Source: Azolla caroliniana (taxonomy: Eukaryota; Plantae; Polypodiophyta). Taken from it: a stretch of DNA of 64,000 nt. Made by a program: the position numbers and the translations under genes. Shown piece after piece: positions 34,225 to 47,100 of the stretch (positions within the stretch are counted from its first letter, which is position 1; each line of letters opens with the position of its first letter). Location of the stretch: positions 12,958,001-13,022,000 of the forward strand of contig JBHGNT010000008.1 of assembly GCA_043228905.1 (NCBI GenBank). The letters run 5' to 3'. Under the pieces are notes generated by a model, which was given only the letters and a program-made list of their open reading frames with translations, did not search any database and was not told the DNA's origin.

Positions 34225-35193
34225 CGCGTGGAGAAGGGATTCGGTTTCCCGGAGGCTGCTTAGGCTGCTGTTGTCGTTCGGGTGTGATGTTTGATATAAC
34301 CAGAGGGAGTCCTCCGCTACTCTCTGGATTACGTTGGAAAACGAGCGATCCGCTCTAATTTCCTACGCCGCTTGCTAGAAAGCCTCGCGTCTCCTTTGCC
34401 TTTCGGCAAGGCGTCGAGTTCGATCTGTAACCAGGTCGTGCGTTGATCTAGACATCCATCCGTGCCGTCGTTCGCTGCAAAAACAGGAATCGTGGTCGCC
34501 AAAAACTGTGTTAACTCTTCAGGCCGGACAATGGCCTAACACAGGGTGTCTACGGGAGACACTTCACCAAAGGGTGTTACGGCAACCGGATTAGACTTCA
34601 ACGCTTAATCCGACTTAATTAAGTTACTTATTAGGATCGTCTTTCATAACACGTGTAAGATATAACAATTAAGACAAAACGGCAATTAACACAGAGAGAT
34701 AACAATGCTTAAGCTTTCATTAATTAACTGCTAACTATTACATTGTATCCGGGCCTTTAAATAAGTTTCCGGTCTGTATTACAAAACGGTGCCATCCGCA
34801 CCTGTTCGGGATCGGTCTGGATCCGGAACGGCATACCGTTTCCGGTCCGTCCGTCCACACTCATAGCTTAATTACAACCACATTCCTACTACTTAATTAG
34901 CTCTCCGTTTCCCACTCTGGACTTCTTTGCCGGCCGGTAACACAATGAGGTATATATAGATCTCATGTGCAAGGGTGCACATGTGTGAGGAGAATATAGG
35001 TACAAAGGTGTAAGTCCTATATTAATGTACTTGGGAGTGGAGGATCTAGAATAGGATCTAGAATATCCAACTTAAGTACAAGGTCCTATTTGAGGCGTTA
35101 TAGTCAACACTTCTAACTAGATTCTATCTAGGTAACTACGAAGTTACATGGTTAACTAACTAACTAAACTAAGTTGAGCTTGATCTCTCAACC

Positions 35194-35336
35194 TTTTTTG
35201 AATTAAGTGTTTCTGTTCTACTCTCTCTCTCTTTCTCTCCCGCGTATTCAAGCTTTCATTAAACCTTGCTTCTGTTTTCTGTTGCGATCCGGGTAAGTCG
35301 GTTTCATCTACAAGCTTCCACATATTAATCTTTACA
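35194..35336 (+). mobile_element. Copia family B LTR1, right part
   Basis: Matches 36631-36774; ends ATCTTTACA. Confidence 0.88.
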
Positions 35337-36774
35337 CTGCACATGGAGGTGTCTATTCCGACGACGATCTACTGAGACAACCTCAACAACATCCAGCTGG
35401 CGAAGAACCTCGTCTTCCATGCTCAGACAAAGCACATTGAGGTGTATTACCATTTTGTCCGAGAGCGAGTCTTCTACAATGAAGTCGAACTAGTGTATGT
35501 TCTGACGGATTAGTAGTCTGCCGACATTTTCACCAAACCTCTCGGCCAGGACAACTTGCAACAATTTTCAGGCCTACTTGGTCTCCAGCACCTAGATATT
35601 CCAAACTTGAGGGGGAGAGGTGAAACAGGAACGGAGGAGAGAAATGATGATATCCGAAAAGCCGAAACAAATTACGGTTTCGATTTCGAACCGACTCTTG
35701 AAGTCAAAATGTTCGAGCCGGATGAAGAAGCCGAGGATGGATGGACATGTAAAGATAGAACCGACAAGTGGAGACTTGTCAAACGTTGGGGGAGTGACCA
35801 CAAAGGGAAGCCAAAGCCAAAGCCAACCGAAAAAGGGGAAGGTAAAGCCAACAATGCCAAGAAGACCAAGACACAGACATGGTCCGATGTCATGAAGGCT
35901 CTGGAGATCGAGGACGATTTGGGGGCAGCCAACTCAAACATAAGCGGGAACGAATCGAAGACAGCTGATTCGATCAAGATTCGAAGTGAATCAGAAACAA
36001 CCGATTCAATTAGAATGTTCAATTTGAGGGAGTCGAATCATTTGGCCAAGCGGTCGAGAGGGCAACAGAAGTCGACACCAACACGGAGGAGCCGGCATGT
36101 CAAAAAGTGCCAGGAACACGATAGCAAGGGAGCTGAAAAACCGACTGAGGAGGTCGAGGTGCACGGAACCGGACGGGTCGTGGTAAAAGGAACCGGACCA
36201 AACGAGCAGCGTGAGCCAGACGACAAGATGCCAGGAGGAGCCGAATGAACGTGATGGCTGACACACATTGCGATCCGACCTCAAGTTGAGCTTGAGGGGG
36301 AATGTCGAGCGGGCAAGCTCAACCGGATCAGGATCGGTTTAATAAGCTAGATCCAAATTAGTATCCGGAGCGAAGAACCGGATCGATATACGGATAGATC
36401 GATATCCGGAACCTAGAGTCGGATCGGAGAACTGGATCATACTCCGGAACAGTGAGAACCGGTAGGCCGTTGGAGATTACGGTCCGAGCCTAGCACGTAG
36501 GCATATTCCTTGGAGTTAGTGACATTCACTTGTATGAGCATTGAAGTACATGTCAGAACTTCTGTCAGTCCTTTAAAGGATTTGTATAAAAAGTGTTTTG
36601 TATGACATTTGTAGGTACAGAGAGTTATTATTTTTTGAATTAAGTTTTTTTGTCCTGATCTATCTCTCTCTCTCTCTCTCTCTCCCGTGTATTCAAGCTT
36701 CCATTAAACCTTGTTTCTGTTGTTTTCCGGATAAGCCGGTTTCATCTACAAGCTTCCACATATTAATCTTTACA
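35337..36774 (+). mobile_element. Copia family B unit 2: RNase H C-terminus, extension, PPT, LTR (36303-36774)
   Basis: TKHIEV, ADIFTKPL motifs; PPT CTTGAGGGGGAA; TGTCGAG...TTTACA. Confidence 0.92.
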
Positions 36775-37930
36775 CTACACATGGAGGTGTCTAATCTGAT
36801 GACGATCTACCGCGACAACCTCATCAGCATCCAATTGGCGAAGAATCCCATCCTCTACGCTCGAACAAAGCACATTGAGGTGCATTACCATTTTGTCCAA
36901 GAGCGAGTCTTCTCCAGTGAAGTCGAACTAGTGTATGTTCTAACAGATCAGCAGCCTGCTGACATCTTCACGAAACCTCTTGGCCTTGACAAGTTGCAGC
37001 AATTTTCAGGCTTGCTTGGTCTGCAACACTTGAATATGCCAAACTTGAGGGGGAGAGGTGAAGCAAGAAATGAGGAGAGAAATGATGATATCCGAAAAGC
37101 CAAAGCGGATGACGGTTTTGATTTCAAACCAATTGTTGAAGTCAGAATGTTCGAGTCGGATGAAGAAGTCGAGGATGGATGGACATGTGTAGATAGAACG
37201 GACAAGTGGAGACTTTCCAAACGTTGGGGGAGTGACCACAAAGGGAAGCCAAAGCCAAAGACAACCGAAAAAGGGGAAGGTAAAGTTAGCAAGGTGAAGA
37301 AGACCAAGACACAGACGTGGTCCAATGTTGTGAAAGGTCTGGGAAGAGGAACCAGACCAAACGAGGAGCGCGAGCCAGGGGACAAGATGCCAGGAGGAGA
37401 CGTATGAAAGGGCCCGCGGACAGACATTGCGATACGACCTCAAGTTGAGCTGAAGGGGGAGTGTCAAGTGGAAACGCTCAACCGGAGCAGGATCAGCTGA
37501 ATAAGCCAGAGTCGGATCAGTATTCGGAGCGGAGAACCGGATCAATGTCCGGATAGATTGGTATCCAGAACCTAGAGTCGGACCGGAGAACCGGATCGTA
37601 CTCCGGAATAGTGAGAATCGGTAGGCTGTTGGAGACTATAGTCCGAGCCTAGTACGTAGGAATATTACTTGGAGTTAGTGTTAGTCGCTCGTATGAGCAT
37701 TGAAGTACATGTCAGTACTTTTGTCAGTCGTTTGAAGGACTTGTATAAAAAGTGTTTTGTAGGACATTTGTAGGTACAAAGAGTTTTTTTTTTTATTGAG
37801 TTATGTTCAACTCTGTCCGTGTCTCCTGTGTATTCTCTGTGTTTTCAAGTTTCCATTAAACCTCCGTTGTGTGTTCTGTTGTTAACCGGACTAGCCGGTT
37901 TTGTCTACGCTTCCACACAATAGCTTTACA
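36775..37930 (+). mobile_element. Copia family B unit 3: RNase H C-terminus, shorter extension, PPT, LTR (37462-37930)
   Basis: ARTKHIEVHYHF, PADIFTKPL; PPT GAAGGGGGAG; TGTCAAG...TTTACA. Confidence 0.92.
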
Positions 37931-40200
37931 GAACAGAACATCCTGACGTGGGATAGACCTGGTTTCTTCCCATAAAACTTTTCACAGGGGGTAACATCAT
38001 GCACTCCTGATGTTGTGCAACGATTCATTAGGGAGATAGCCATATTTGCCTCTTTAGCCCAATATGATTTGGGCATATGTTTCTCGTTCATCATTTCCCT
38101 TGCCTACCTCGAGTATGTGCTAGTTCTTGCATTTGGCTACTCCGTTCTGCTGAGGTGTGTGTTGGCAAGTGAACTCCCGCCGAATTCCTTCCTCTCGACG
38201 GAGAAGTACCCTTTGTCGTCGTTCGTTCGAAGGCATCGTACATGATGATTGGTTGCTTTTTTTACTTCGTTCTTGAACTTCTAGAAGTGCGAGAACACAT
38301 CACTCTTCTGGCGTATTGGATAAATCTAGGTATGTCTGGAGTAGCCGTCGATGAATGTTACCTAGTATTGGCAACCACTGAATGTTGTTGGGTTGGTCCC
38401 CATACATCTGAATGTATTGCATCCAGGATCCATTTGCTTATGTTCCTCTCTTTTGGGAATGGTTGTCAGTGTTGTTTGCCAAATTGGCAAGCTTCGCACA
38501 CGGTTGCACTTTCCTTTTTAGTGAGGGTCGGGTGTCCGATGACGACTCCTTTCAACTGCATTCCCTTGAGCTTTTGGAGATTGATGTGTCCTATCCTCTT
38601 GTGCCACGACTCTATGTCAACATTGGCTCTCTGACTCTTGGCATACATTGCCAAATTCATCTTGTGGGAGTCGAGGATGAACATCTGACCTTCTTTCCGA
38701 CCGCGAGCAATAAGTCAACCTTCTTTTTCGATGAAGCATCCTCTATTGTTGAAGCAGACTTACATGCCTTGATTGACTATCTGGCCAACTAAGACCAAGT
38801 TCTTTGTTATTGTATGAACATGCAAAACGTTCTTGATGTAGGTTTGGTTGCCTTCTTCCCCAAATGGGACATTGTCGACATGCTGAACGGGGTGAATTGT
38901 GTCATCCCTAGTTTCCACATAGCCGGCTCATTCGAGCTTTTGTAACTCCTTGAACCAATCCCCATGAGATGTCATGTGGTTGGATGCACCTAAGTCGACA
39001 AACCACACATCTTCTGGTTTGGAGGTGTTGGTCAGGTTGGAGGCTGTCATGGAGTTTGCTCGGTGCCACATCACAAACATTCCGCCATGATTGTCGTAGT
39101 CGTAGTCGGAGTTGGAGGTGTAGTTTGTGAGTTGTCGGCTTGTGGAGGCAGACTCACTCTTCTTCTTCTAACACTCAGCCTCATAGTGGATGTATTTACC
39201 ATAGTATCCACACTGGGCGGGATTATTTTGTCAGCTAGATCCAACATGATTGCTCCCCCTTCTTCCGAACGCTCCGCCTCGCATGTTCGAAACGTCTTGT
39301 CGGTAGTAGAAGTTATGTTCTCAGGGTTGCTCTTGGTTGCGTCATCCTTGGTTGAATTGGCCTCTTCTTCCACAAACTTGTCCTCTTCTTCCATCGAAGT
39401 TCGAATAGAGCATTTGTACTTCTTGTGCATTGCATCTTGTTCGAACATGATTCTCCTCAACCAGCAACATCGACTGGAGATCGAAGGAGGGAGGATTCTC
39501 CCTCACGAGGATTGCCAACCGAATGGCTCCGAACTGAGGTGTTAAGCCTCCAAGGAAAATATGCACCATTTCATCGTCGTCAATGCTAACATTGATCGAC
39601 CCGAGGGCATCACACAACTCCTTGAACTTCAAGGTGTAGTTGCCAATTGGCATGTCCCTCTGTTGTATACCATTCAACTCTTGACAGAGTTGAAACTTTC
39701 TTGCAGTCGTGTTAGTTGCGAAAATCTTCTTAAGGTTCCCCCACGCCTCCTTCAACATTTTGGCCTCTCGGATGTAGCCAAGCATGTGATCATGGACACA
39801 TGATGCAAGGCAATACAACACACGACTCGTCGCTTGCTCCCAAACTGGGTAGTCGGCATGTGTTGGGTTGGGTTGATTTTCGTTTGCTCCTTCGACATAA
39901 CTCCAATTGCCTTGGACGACAAGTATTGGTGCATCTTGTACTCCCAAGATGCAAAGTTGTTTTTGTCAAGCTTCTTGGTAGGAAGAGTGCTTCCCATCAT
40001 AGTGTTCATTGTCAAACTTCTTCTTCTTCTCCTCTTTGATACAAATTGCGCAGGTTGCTGCTACAACGATCAACCGGTTCTTTTCGAACACGGGATTAAG
40101 CACATCACACGCAGAGGCAATGGGCTTCAATCAAGCAACCACACGCTTTGATACCATGTAAAAAATCGGTGATGATTCTGTGCAGCGGAAGAACACCCCA
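37931..40200 (-). mobile_element. Ty1/copia element E, 5' half (outermost visible host of the nest)
   Basis: PBS TGGTATCAAAGC at 40145-40156; LTR remnant from 40157 (right boundary uncertain); gag 40015-39342; protease WFVDLGASNHM near 39000; integrase cut at 37931. Confidence 0.88.
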
Positions 40201-42299
40201 CCTCCTTGTATAGTAACTAGTGTCCTAGAGTGTGTTCCCACTCACGGGAAGTTGAGTTTGATTCTCAACACTTCAATTCATGCAAGGAACCACACATCAT
40301 TATAGAAACTAAATCTCCAAAACTTTGTTTCAACAAAGTTAAACCTAATGTTTGATTGCATAAATGGAATAATTGTAGCTCAAAGAACCCGAGAAAATTA
40401 AAGTTCACCTTACAGAGTATGGCATAAAGCTTCTTACACACAAAAACCTAAACTATACAAATAAACCAGAGACTAGAGAGAGGGGGAGACCACTTACTAG
40501 AGAGTAACCAAGGAGGGAGTAAAGTGGAAGCAACAATAAAGATTTGCATAACAGGGTAGACAAGGGAGAAAAGAAGAGGAAAAAGAGTAGAACCAAGATT
40601 TGAGAGTCATATGAGGGGGGATGTGACGAGCATATCCATAACCGTAGTTGTGGGCTAATTCGTAAGGAATGAAGGGTGAGGATTGAGTTATTCAATCCTA
40701 CGGTGGGAGATAACTTTAGAGTGTTTTATCTCAAACCAAGTGTGAAACATACAAGATCCTAGGGTTTGAGCCTATACAAGAAGGCTAACTACCTTCATGA
40801 TAGGTCTCTTTTATTATTATTGTTTGAGATAGAAATGCTAACAGTGGGGTAAAGCTCTAACTTCATACATGTGTGCCTCCTTCAAACCCAAGGTACAAGT
40901 CCGTACTCGGTGGTTTGGGGGACTTGGATCCGTCTCTCAACTTTATTAGGGGGCGATCTGGTAGATTAGCGCCCTTTCTTCCTTATTTTGCTTAAAGTTA
41001 ATAGGGGGAAGAGCATAATCAACAATAGAGAGTTGCGTGAAAGGGGAGAATAACTTGGCATACCTAATATATATATATATATATGGAATAGTCAATCTTG
41101 CTCTACCATCCAAGAAATAACTGATATCTTAGGTATGGATAGACGATTCATTCTTGTTCCCCAAATCTTTACCCAATAATAAGCTAAAGTCATGTAAGTG
41201 TGGAGTGTGTTGGCCTTGGCATCAAGATTGCATAATAATATGCGTATGTCGGTGCTTATTAGAAGAGTGATTTGGCTGATCTTGGATGGTGTTGCCAAAT
41301 ATTAGATGAAGGGAGTGTTTGTTTTAAGGAAAATAATGTTATACTCTTTAGTTTTATTAGCCCTATAAAGGTTAGTTTTCTAACCTGAAATATTGCTCAT
41401 AGTCCAAATATATGTAAGAAATATGGGCATATTGTAATTTGTGGTGAATGGCTACTCTTTATTAGGTAAGAATGGTTAGTGGCCAATATGCTTATAATGT
41501 GATAGGGACACCTTTTTTTCAGTGTCCTAACATTGGGGCTACCTTTTGGTCCTCAATTTCTCCCATTTTACATCCACTAAGAGACACTTTCCTCATGTAG
41601 CTTTTCCGCCTAATTGATTGAGATATGCACGTTTCTTATTTAGTAATTATCATTATCATCTAGACACGTCATACATGTTACTTATATAGTAGTTATTTAT
41701 TTAATTAAGACTAATATATTTCTTAATTAGTGTAGTTGATTAGGTGTGTATTAATTCTTAATTAATTTAAGAAGCCTTTATAGTTTCCTTGGTTGCTTAG
41801 AGTGAATAAGTACATGCTTTTATGTGTTGATGTAGGATATGGTCTTTACCATCGGGGAGTAATGTTCCCCAATTCCTTAGTTACCCATCAAAAGGAAGAT
41901 GACCCCTTAGGAATCGATAATGACCCTCGGAAATGCAACACTCTAAGGTATGAGTTGTGTTGATCCCTTCAAGAAAAGGCGATTCAATGCCACAACTTAG
42001 GCTACCATATTGGTGCTAATATGTCATTATCGCAAAGTTTGAATTGGATATTTGGTACAAGTTTAGATAAGTTTATGTCTTAGAAGTCTCAAGATTGGTC
42101 GTTTGGTGATAATTATTCCAATGATTTTTTACTTTTGCCTTTTAAAGATTATATGCATAGGCACTCAATCTTGGGCAGAAATATATATATATATATATTT
42201 TTGGAAGATGTAGGTATATCCATAGGAAAATGAGAATTGATTAATAAATGTGTGAAAAACTATACTTACAATGGGTGTCACGACTCACAATAGAGTAAG

Positions 42300-43010
42300 G
42301 TCACCCACTAATTACATGGGTAGTGGAACATGTTGAATTGCCAATAGGCAAGATGAACACTCCACTAAGGAAAGAATTTCCATTTGCTCTAATAAAGAAA
42401 TTTGCCACATAGTACTCCCTTCAACTTTCAAAGATATGCTACCAGTCCATTCCTACCATCAAATACAAAAGCATTGCACATATCCCATTTATGTTGCAAT
42501 CCCCAATACCTCAGAAATAGGAAAATGATCTCCATCTCTGATTTTGGGTCAATCTGTGTAGATTTTCCAAACACTCACTGTCTAGGCATCAAATAACACA
42601 TTGGCAAGACTTCACAAATTTGAGAAATGTAACTCCAAATCTAGCGATCAATCGAACATTGTATAAAATGGTGAGTACTATCTTTCATTTGAACAATGCA
42701 AAAGAAGCAATTGCCCATTGCTATTCCGCAACGCTTTAGAGCTAATCCCAAAGGCAATCCCCCAATCAAAACTCTCCAAAGGAAGACCTTTGCTACAAGT
42801 GGCAATATAGAATGCCAACTACATTTTAAGATCTACCACCACCCAAGATCGGATTTGTGTATTTTCCATTATTCATTAGCCTTAGATGATAGCCATCCAA
42901 GAGATTCATCGGAGCAATGATACAAAAGATTAGTAATCGCTTGTAAAAAACAACGTTTGACCGCATAAACACCAATCAATCCACAGTTGTTCACTTGTTT
43001 GTAAAGGTAA
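42300..43010 (-). pseudogene. Degenerate L1-type LINE ORF2 C-terminal region
   Basis: Trp-rich remnants with C-x2-C..E..H..C pattern on the minus strand; many stops; boundaries approximate. Confidence 0.5.
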
Positions 43011-43169
43011 AGGATCGTGCATCAATAGCAATATTTCATATAAACCTATGATTAAGCGGAATGCGTAATAATTGTCACGTTTCGACAAAATCCGAAATTC
43101 TTTGACCCCCAAACGAAACAAAAGATTAAACGGAGAGCTCAATCTCTTCTCTTCTCTCTCTCTCTCTCT

Positions 43170-44092
43170 ACCCCACTAGAGCCACTCCCATCTAAAATGT
43201 CGTACTATAAGGAACACTTTATGCACTTCTCTGAGTTAGGTTTTATCACGCGCCCAAAATATCTAGATGTATTCTTACCACACACACTAAGGGTTGCCAT
43301 TGGTCAACTTAGAATATCATCTCACCAACTTGAGATTGAGAATGGACGTACTAATGGAGTCCCTAGGGAGGAAAGGATATGTAGGTTATGCCACATAGAG
43401 ATAGAGGATGAGTACCATTTTACATGCAAATGCCCCACCTATGCCGAGATAAGGGCAAAATACCAAGACATACTTGGTTCCTCTCCCACCCTCCCTAAAC
43501 TATTAGATACACTAGATATAAAGAAATTACGTAGATACATCTTAGAATTGAAACACCACAGAGAGAACAAATTACAAAACGTTGATAATAATGTTGCTAA
43601 TGTTTACCAACATATAACAAATGAAGTTTTTCAGGAACAGGGGGAGACAATGAATGTCGACACACCTGCACCACTCGGACTTCTCCTTGATGAAGCAGAA
43701 AATCAAAGAAGAACCAAACGCCCTCGGATGCCGGGTTTCAAAGCAACTCGACGAGATGTAGAAGCAATAAAGAAAATAAGGGAACGTGAACTACACTGCC
43801 TAGAAGCCATGGCTAGGGCACTCTATGCATCGGGACCATGGGTCACACCCACACCAAAAACTTTTGACCTCCCACTTCTTTTTGAGAGACTTGGGTGGAA
43901 ATGAGATTAGGCTTGGCGCAAAGTTTTGTACACTACTAGAACTTTCTTAGCTTAAGCTATTTTCTTTTATTTTTAGTTTTGATGATCGGATAAACACTCA
44001 TCTTTTGTTGTAACCTATTTGTCTCATGGGCCAAATTTGGCCTTAGAAGACATTAATATATCTTTCGTTCTTTCTTTCTTTCTCTCTCTCTC
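43170..44092 (+). mobile_element. 5'-truncated non-LTR retrotransposon (RTEX-like C-terminus), ORF 43197-43904
   Basis: LRISSHQLEIENGR..ERICRLC..EDEYHF..CPTY zinc motif; 3' UTR ending in (TTTC)n/(TC)n; (TC)n also on the 5' side. Confidence 0.75.
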
Positions 44093-44176
44093 AAAGAACT
44101 AACTAACTCAATGTCTCCTCGAGACAGACAGTAGTTTTATATATGTACATAGTTAGCATCCAGCACACAGAGAAAC

Positions 44177-47100
44177 ATGGAAGGCGACCAGAAGAAGAAT
44201 ACTAAGATGATGAAGATGAAGAGGAGCAATGGAGAGCTCGCAAGGAACTATGAAGACCCCTTAATTTCAAGGGTAAGAAAGAAGAGAAGAAAGCTCAGCC
44301 GTTTCTTCACTTTTAGAGCAGAGAAGATGCTTCACAACAGGAGCAGGAAGAGTAGTGGAAGATTAAGAAGAAGTAGAGAAAGAATCCTATGCTCCGATAA
44401 TCTCGAGCAGTTGGACAGAGTTGATATCGTTAGTTCAAACGAAGAGAGATCAAAGGAGAAAGAAGTGCAAAGCTCAATGAGAGAGGAAAAAGAGGAAGAG
44501 AAAGATGAAGAAAAGGAGGAGGAAGAAGAAGACGACGACGAAGGAAGAGAGGGGACTTTTTATGATGATTCTTGTACTCAGCCTTTTAGTCCTCAAGTAG
44601 AAAGAGAAGCAGGTGCCCCAATTATCCCCATTGAATGGGAAAATGTGGTAAAATCTGTTGTCGATGGGTCAATGATTGATGCAGTTATAATTGTTTGTGG
44701 TGGGAAGAATTCGGGAAAATCGACTTTTGCTAGATATTTAGTGAATTCCCTGCTTACCAGGTTTTTTTCCTTCTCATTTTTCTGGCCATTTCTTTTTAGA
44801 GGGAAATGATTTTATTCTAAAGTTGTTTATTTCAATGTTGTAAAGGCTTTCAATCTGATAGTGTCCTTTATGGTAGACTAAAGTTATGAAGTGATTTACA
44901 ATGAATGTAACACCAAACCAACCTGTTGCTCAATAGTTAACACACATGGGGCACAATATGTACCACTACAACCTCATGTTTATGTATTAGAATTTTGAAA
45001 TTTTAATCAGATAATCTCATGAATGTATAAGCATATATTGATGGGATGCGTAAAGTCACTTTTATGATTTGCAAAGGAAATGCTTTCAAGTTGTGGTTCA
45101 ACACGTTATGTCATGTTTTTATATGCTCAAAGTTGTGGGTATTTGTTTTGACCTTGACTTTCTGTTCTTGTCTAGGTATCAAAATGTTGGCTTTTTAGAT
45201 ACTGATGTTGGGCAACCGGAGCTTACTCCTCCTGGACTTCTCTCTTTTCATTTACTAGACAAGCCTATTGTAGGTATGTATATTTCTCAACGTATTGATC
45301 ATTTTGTTGGAGGCCTTTAATGTTTGAAAGTTAAAAAATTGGTTCACAACATGGAAAGAATAAATAAACGTGAAGGCTATTTGTTCCATCATCTTCTGTT
45401 TTATGCGTCATTCTTTCTCCCCACTGTGTGTTTGGGAAGCGTAAATTCCACTTTTATGTTTATGCAGGTTTGCCAAAGCTTGAAATGAAGAACCCTGAGA
45501 GGTCAGTTCCTTTTATCTTTTTATCAATGCAAAGTTCAAATGTCTGATAGGTAGTAGAAAGAATGAAGTTATTGATAGGTCTTTTCATAGAAAATAAAAA
45601 TGCCTTTAACACATGATGATACACCATCTTTACTTTCTGAAGTGGCAGCACATGAAAGATGCATTTCAGGAATAAGTAGGAAAATAAATTTTAAAATTGA
45701 TTTCTATGCAACAATTACAGAATTTAAAGCAGATTAGTTCTTAAGACAGGAATAAGGCCAAGTAACGTGATTTCTTTAGAAAGAGTCTAGATGTATGTGA
45801 GAGTAGTCTAAACATATTTATAGGTCGAGGAAAAGGTCAGTCTTTTTTCCAAATGACCATGATTGTGCTGTTTGTGATGTGGCTGTAGTAAAAGAGAAAA
45901 AGTGAGGATGTTTCAATGTGGTAAATTAATGGAAAGTCCCAAATTACAAATGCAACTTTTTGAGTTCTTTCTCAAAAATGTAGCAGTGGTGGTGCAGACT
46001 ACAGATGGACTAGATTTGCAGATTTTGATGCAAAAAACAGGAATAGGTTATGTTTAAGATGAAGATATTTGGCATATAAATTGGTTATGTTAAACTCATA
46101 TTATCAATCATGTAAGTTTTTACTCTAAGCAGATCACGTGGGTTTTGTGAAAGCCAATCGTTGCATCTTACAAAAAATGAACAGTGAGCATGATAGCAAT
46201 GCTTTGAAAGGGAAAATCAAGGAGTAGATTTAAATATCGATTTGATTAGCTCAAAAATGACTTAACAAATGGCAGTCAAATTGACGTTTCGTTCATTCAA
46301 AAATAGAATTATGATGCTTTGCATATGACTTTCTGATAGGGATGAGACGTTGTGCATCGTGATAATAATGTAGCAATGAATATATGCTCAAGTACCCAAC
46401 CTATTGGAAGGAGAATAGGTGGTAACGATCTTGATCAAAGAAATGTAAATTATAAAGAATTGCTACCAAGTGAAAAAAATTGGTTGACTTTTATGAGTGT
46501 GGCAGCCCTACTGACTCACTTAGCGAAGGTGGCAAACATGCTTTGGATATAAAGATTCTATATGCGTGTTGCAATGAGGAAATGCATGGCTCATGTTGTT
46601 TTTTTAACACATAATGGTGCGTTACACTCTCATTTGCTACGACTATCATTGCTAGTAATATATTTTCTTTATTTTACACTTACTGAGCATTGCCATAAAA
46701 TCTCTTGGTGATCTCTTAATGTCTCACTGTGACATGCCTTATTTCTCAATTCCTTATTTACGTCTAGGATTTCAGGCGGATTTGAAATAACATCAAGATA
46801 TTAAAAGTTTCTGTGATAATATATGGATTTTGGAATCAGAATCAGAATCTATATGGTCTCTTTGTCCATGGTGATATGGTGAGAAGTGTGTTAATCTCTC
46901 AGAAACTCTGACTTTCTGACAAAAGGTGAGATTGACACTCCAATCTGGTGGGGTGTTGTGTCCAATAAAGAGCATAGAATGCCTCTCTTTGATGTCATGG
47001 AGTTTTCATTCCCAAGCATTGCTTCTCATTATCTATCGTCTTGTTCCTCTTTGTTCCATACAAAGCGTACATGTTCTTAATGCGTTCTTCTTCCATATCA

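Larger units (their letters stand above)
15782..34942 (-). mobile_element. Ty3/gypsy non-chromovirus (Athila/Tat-like) element C with an extra 3' ORF
   Basis: 434-bp LTRs 15782-16215 and 34509-34942 (about a dozen transitions by eye); TSD CAATG; PBS TGGCGACCAC at 34492-34501; gag-PR-RT-RH-INT order. Confidence 0.95.
5464..35193 (-). mobile_element. Ty1/copia element F lacking RT/RNase H; host to five further insertions plus a nested solo LTR
   Basis: 3' LTR 5464-5899; 5' LTR split 15580-15781 + 34948-35193; PBS TGGTATCAAAG (Met-i type) at 15569-15579; PPT complement at 5900-5910; poly-T TSD; gag 15420-14233, protease and integrase remnants 8241-6600. Confidence 0.9.

Noticed and set aside
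40200-42300. Possible gene or B-box (GGGTTTGAGCC near 40762) in AT-rich DNA
   Set aside because: No convincing exon chain, A box or termini; probably old repeat debris.
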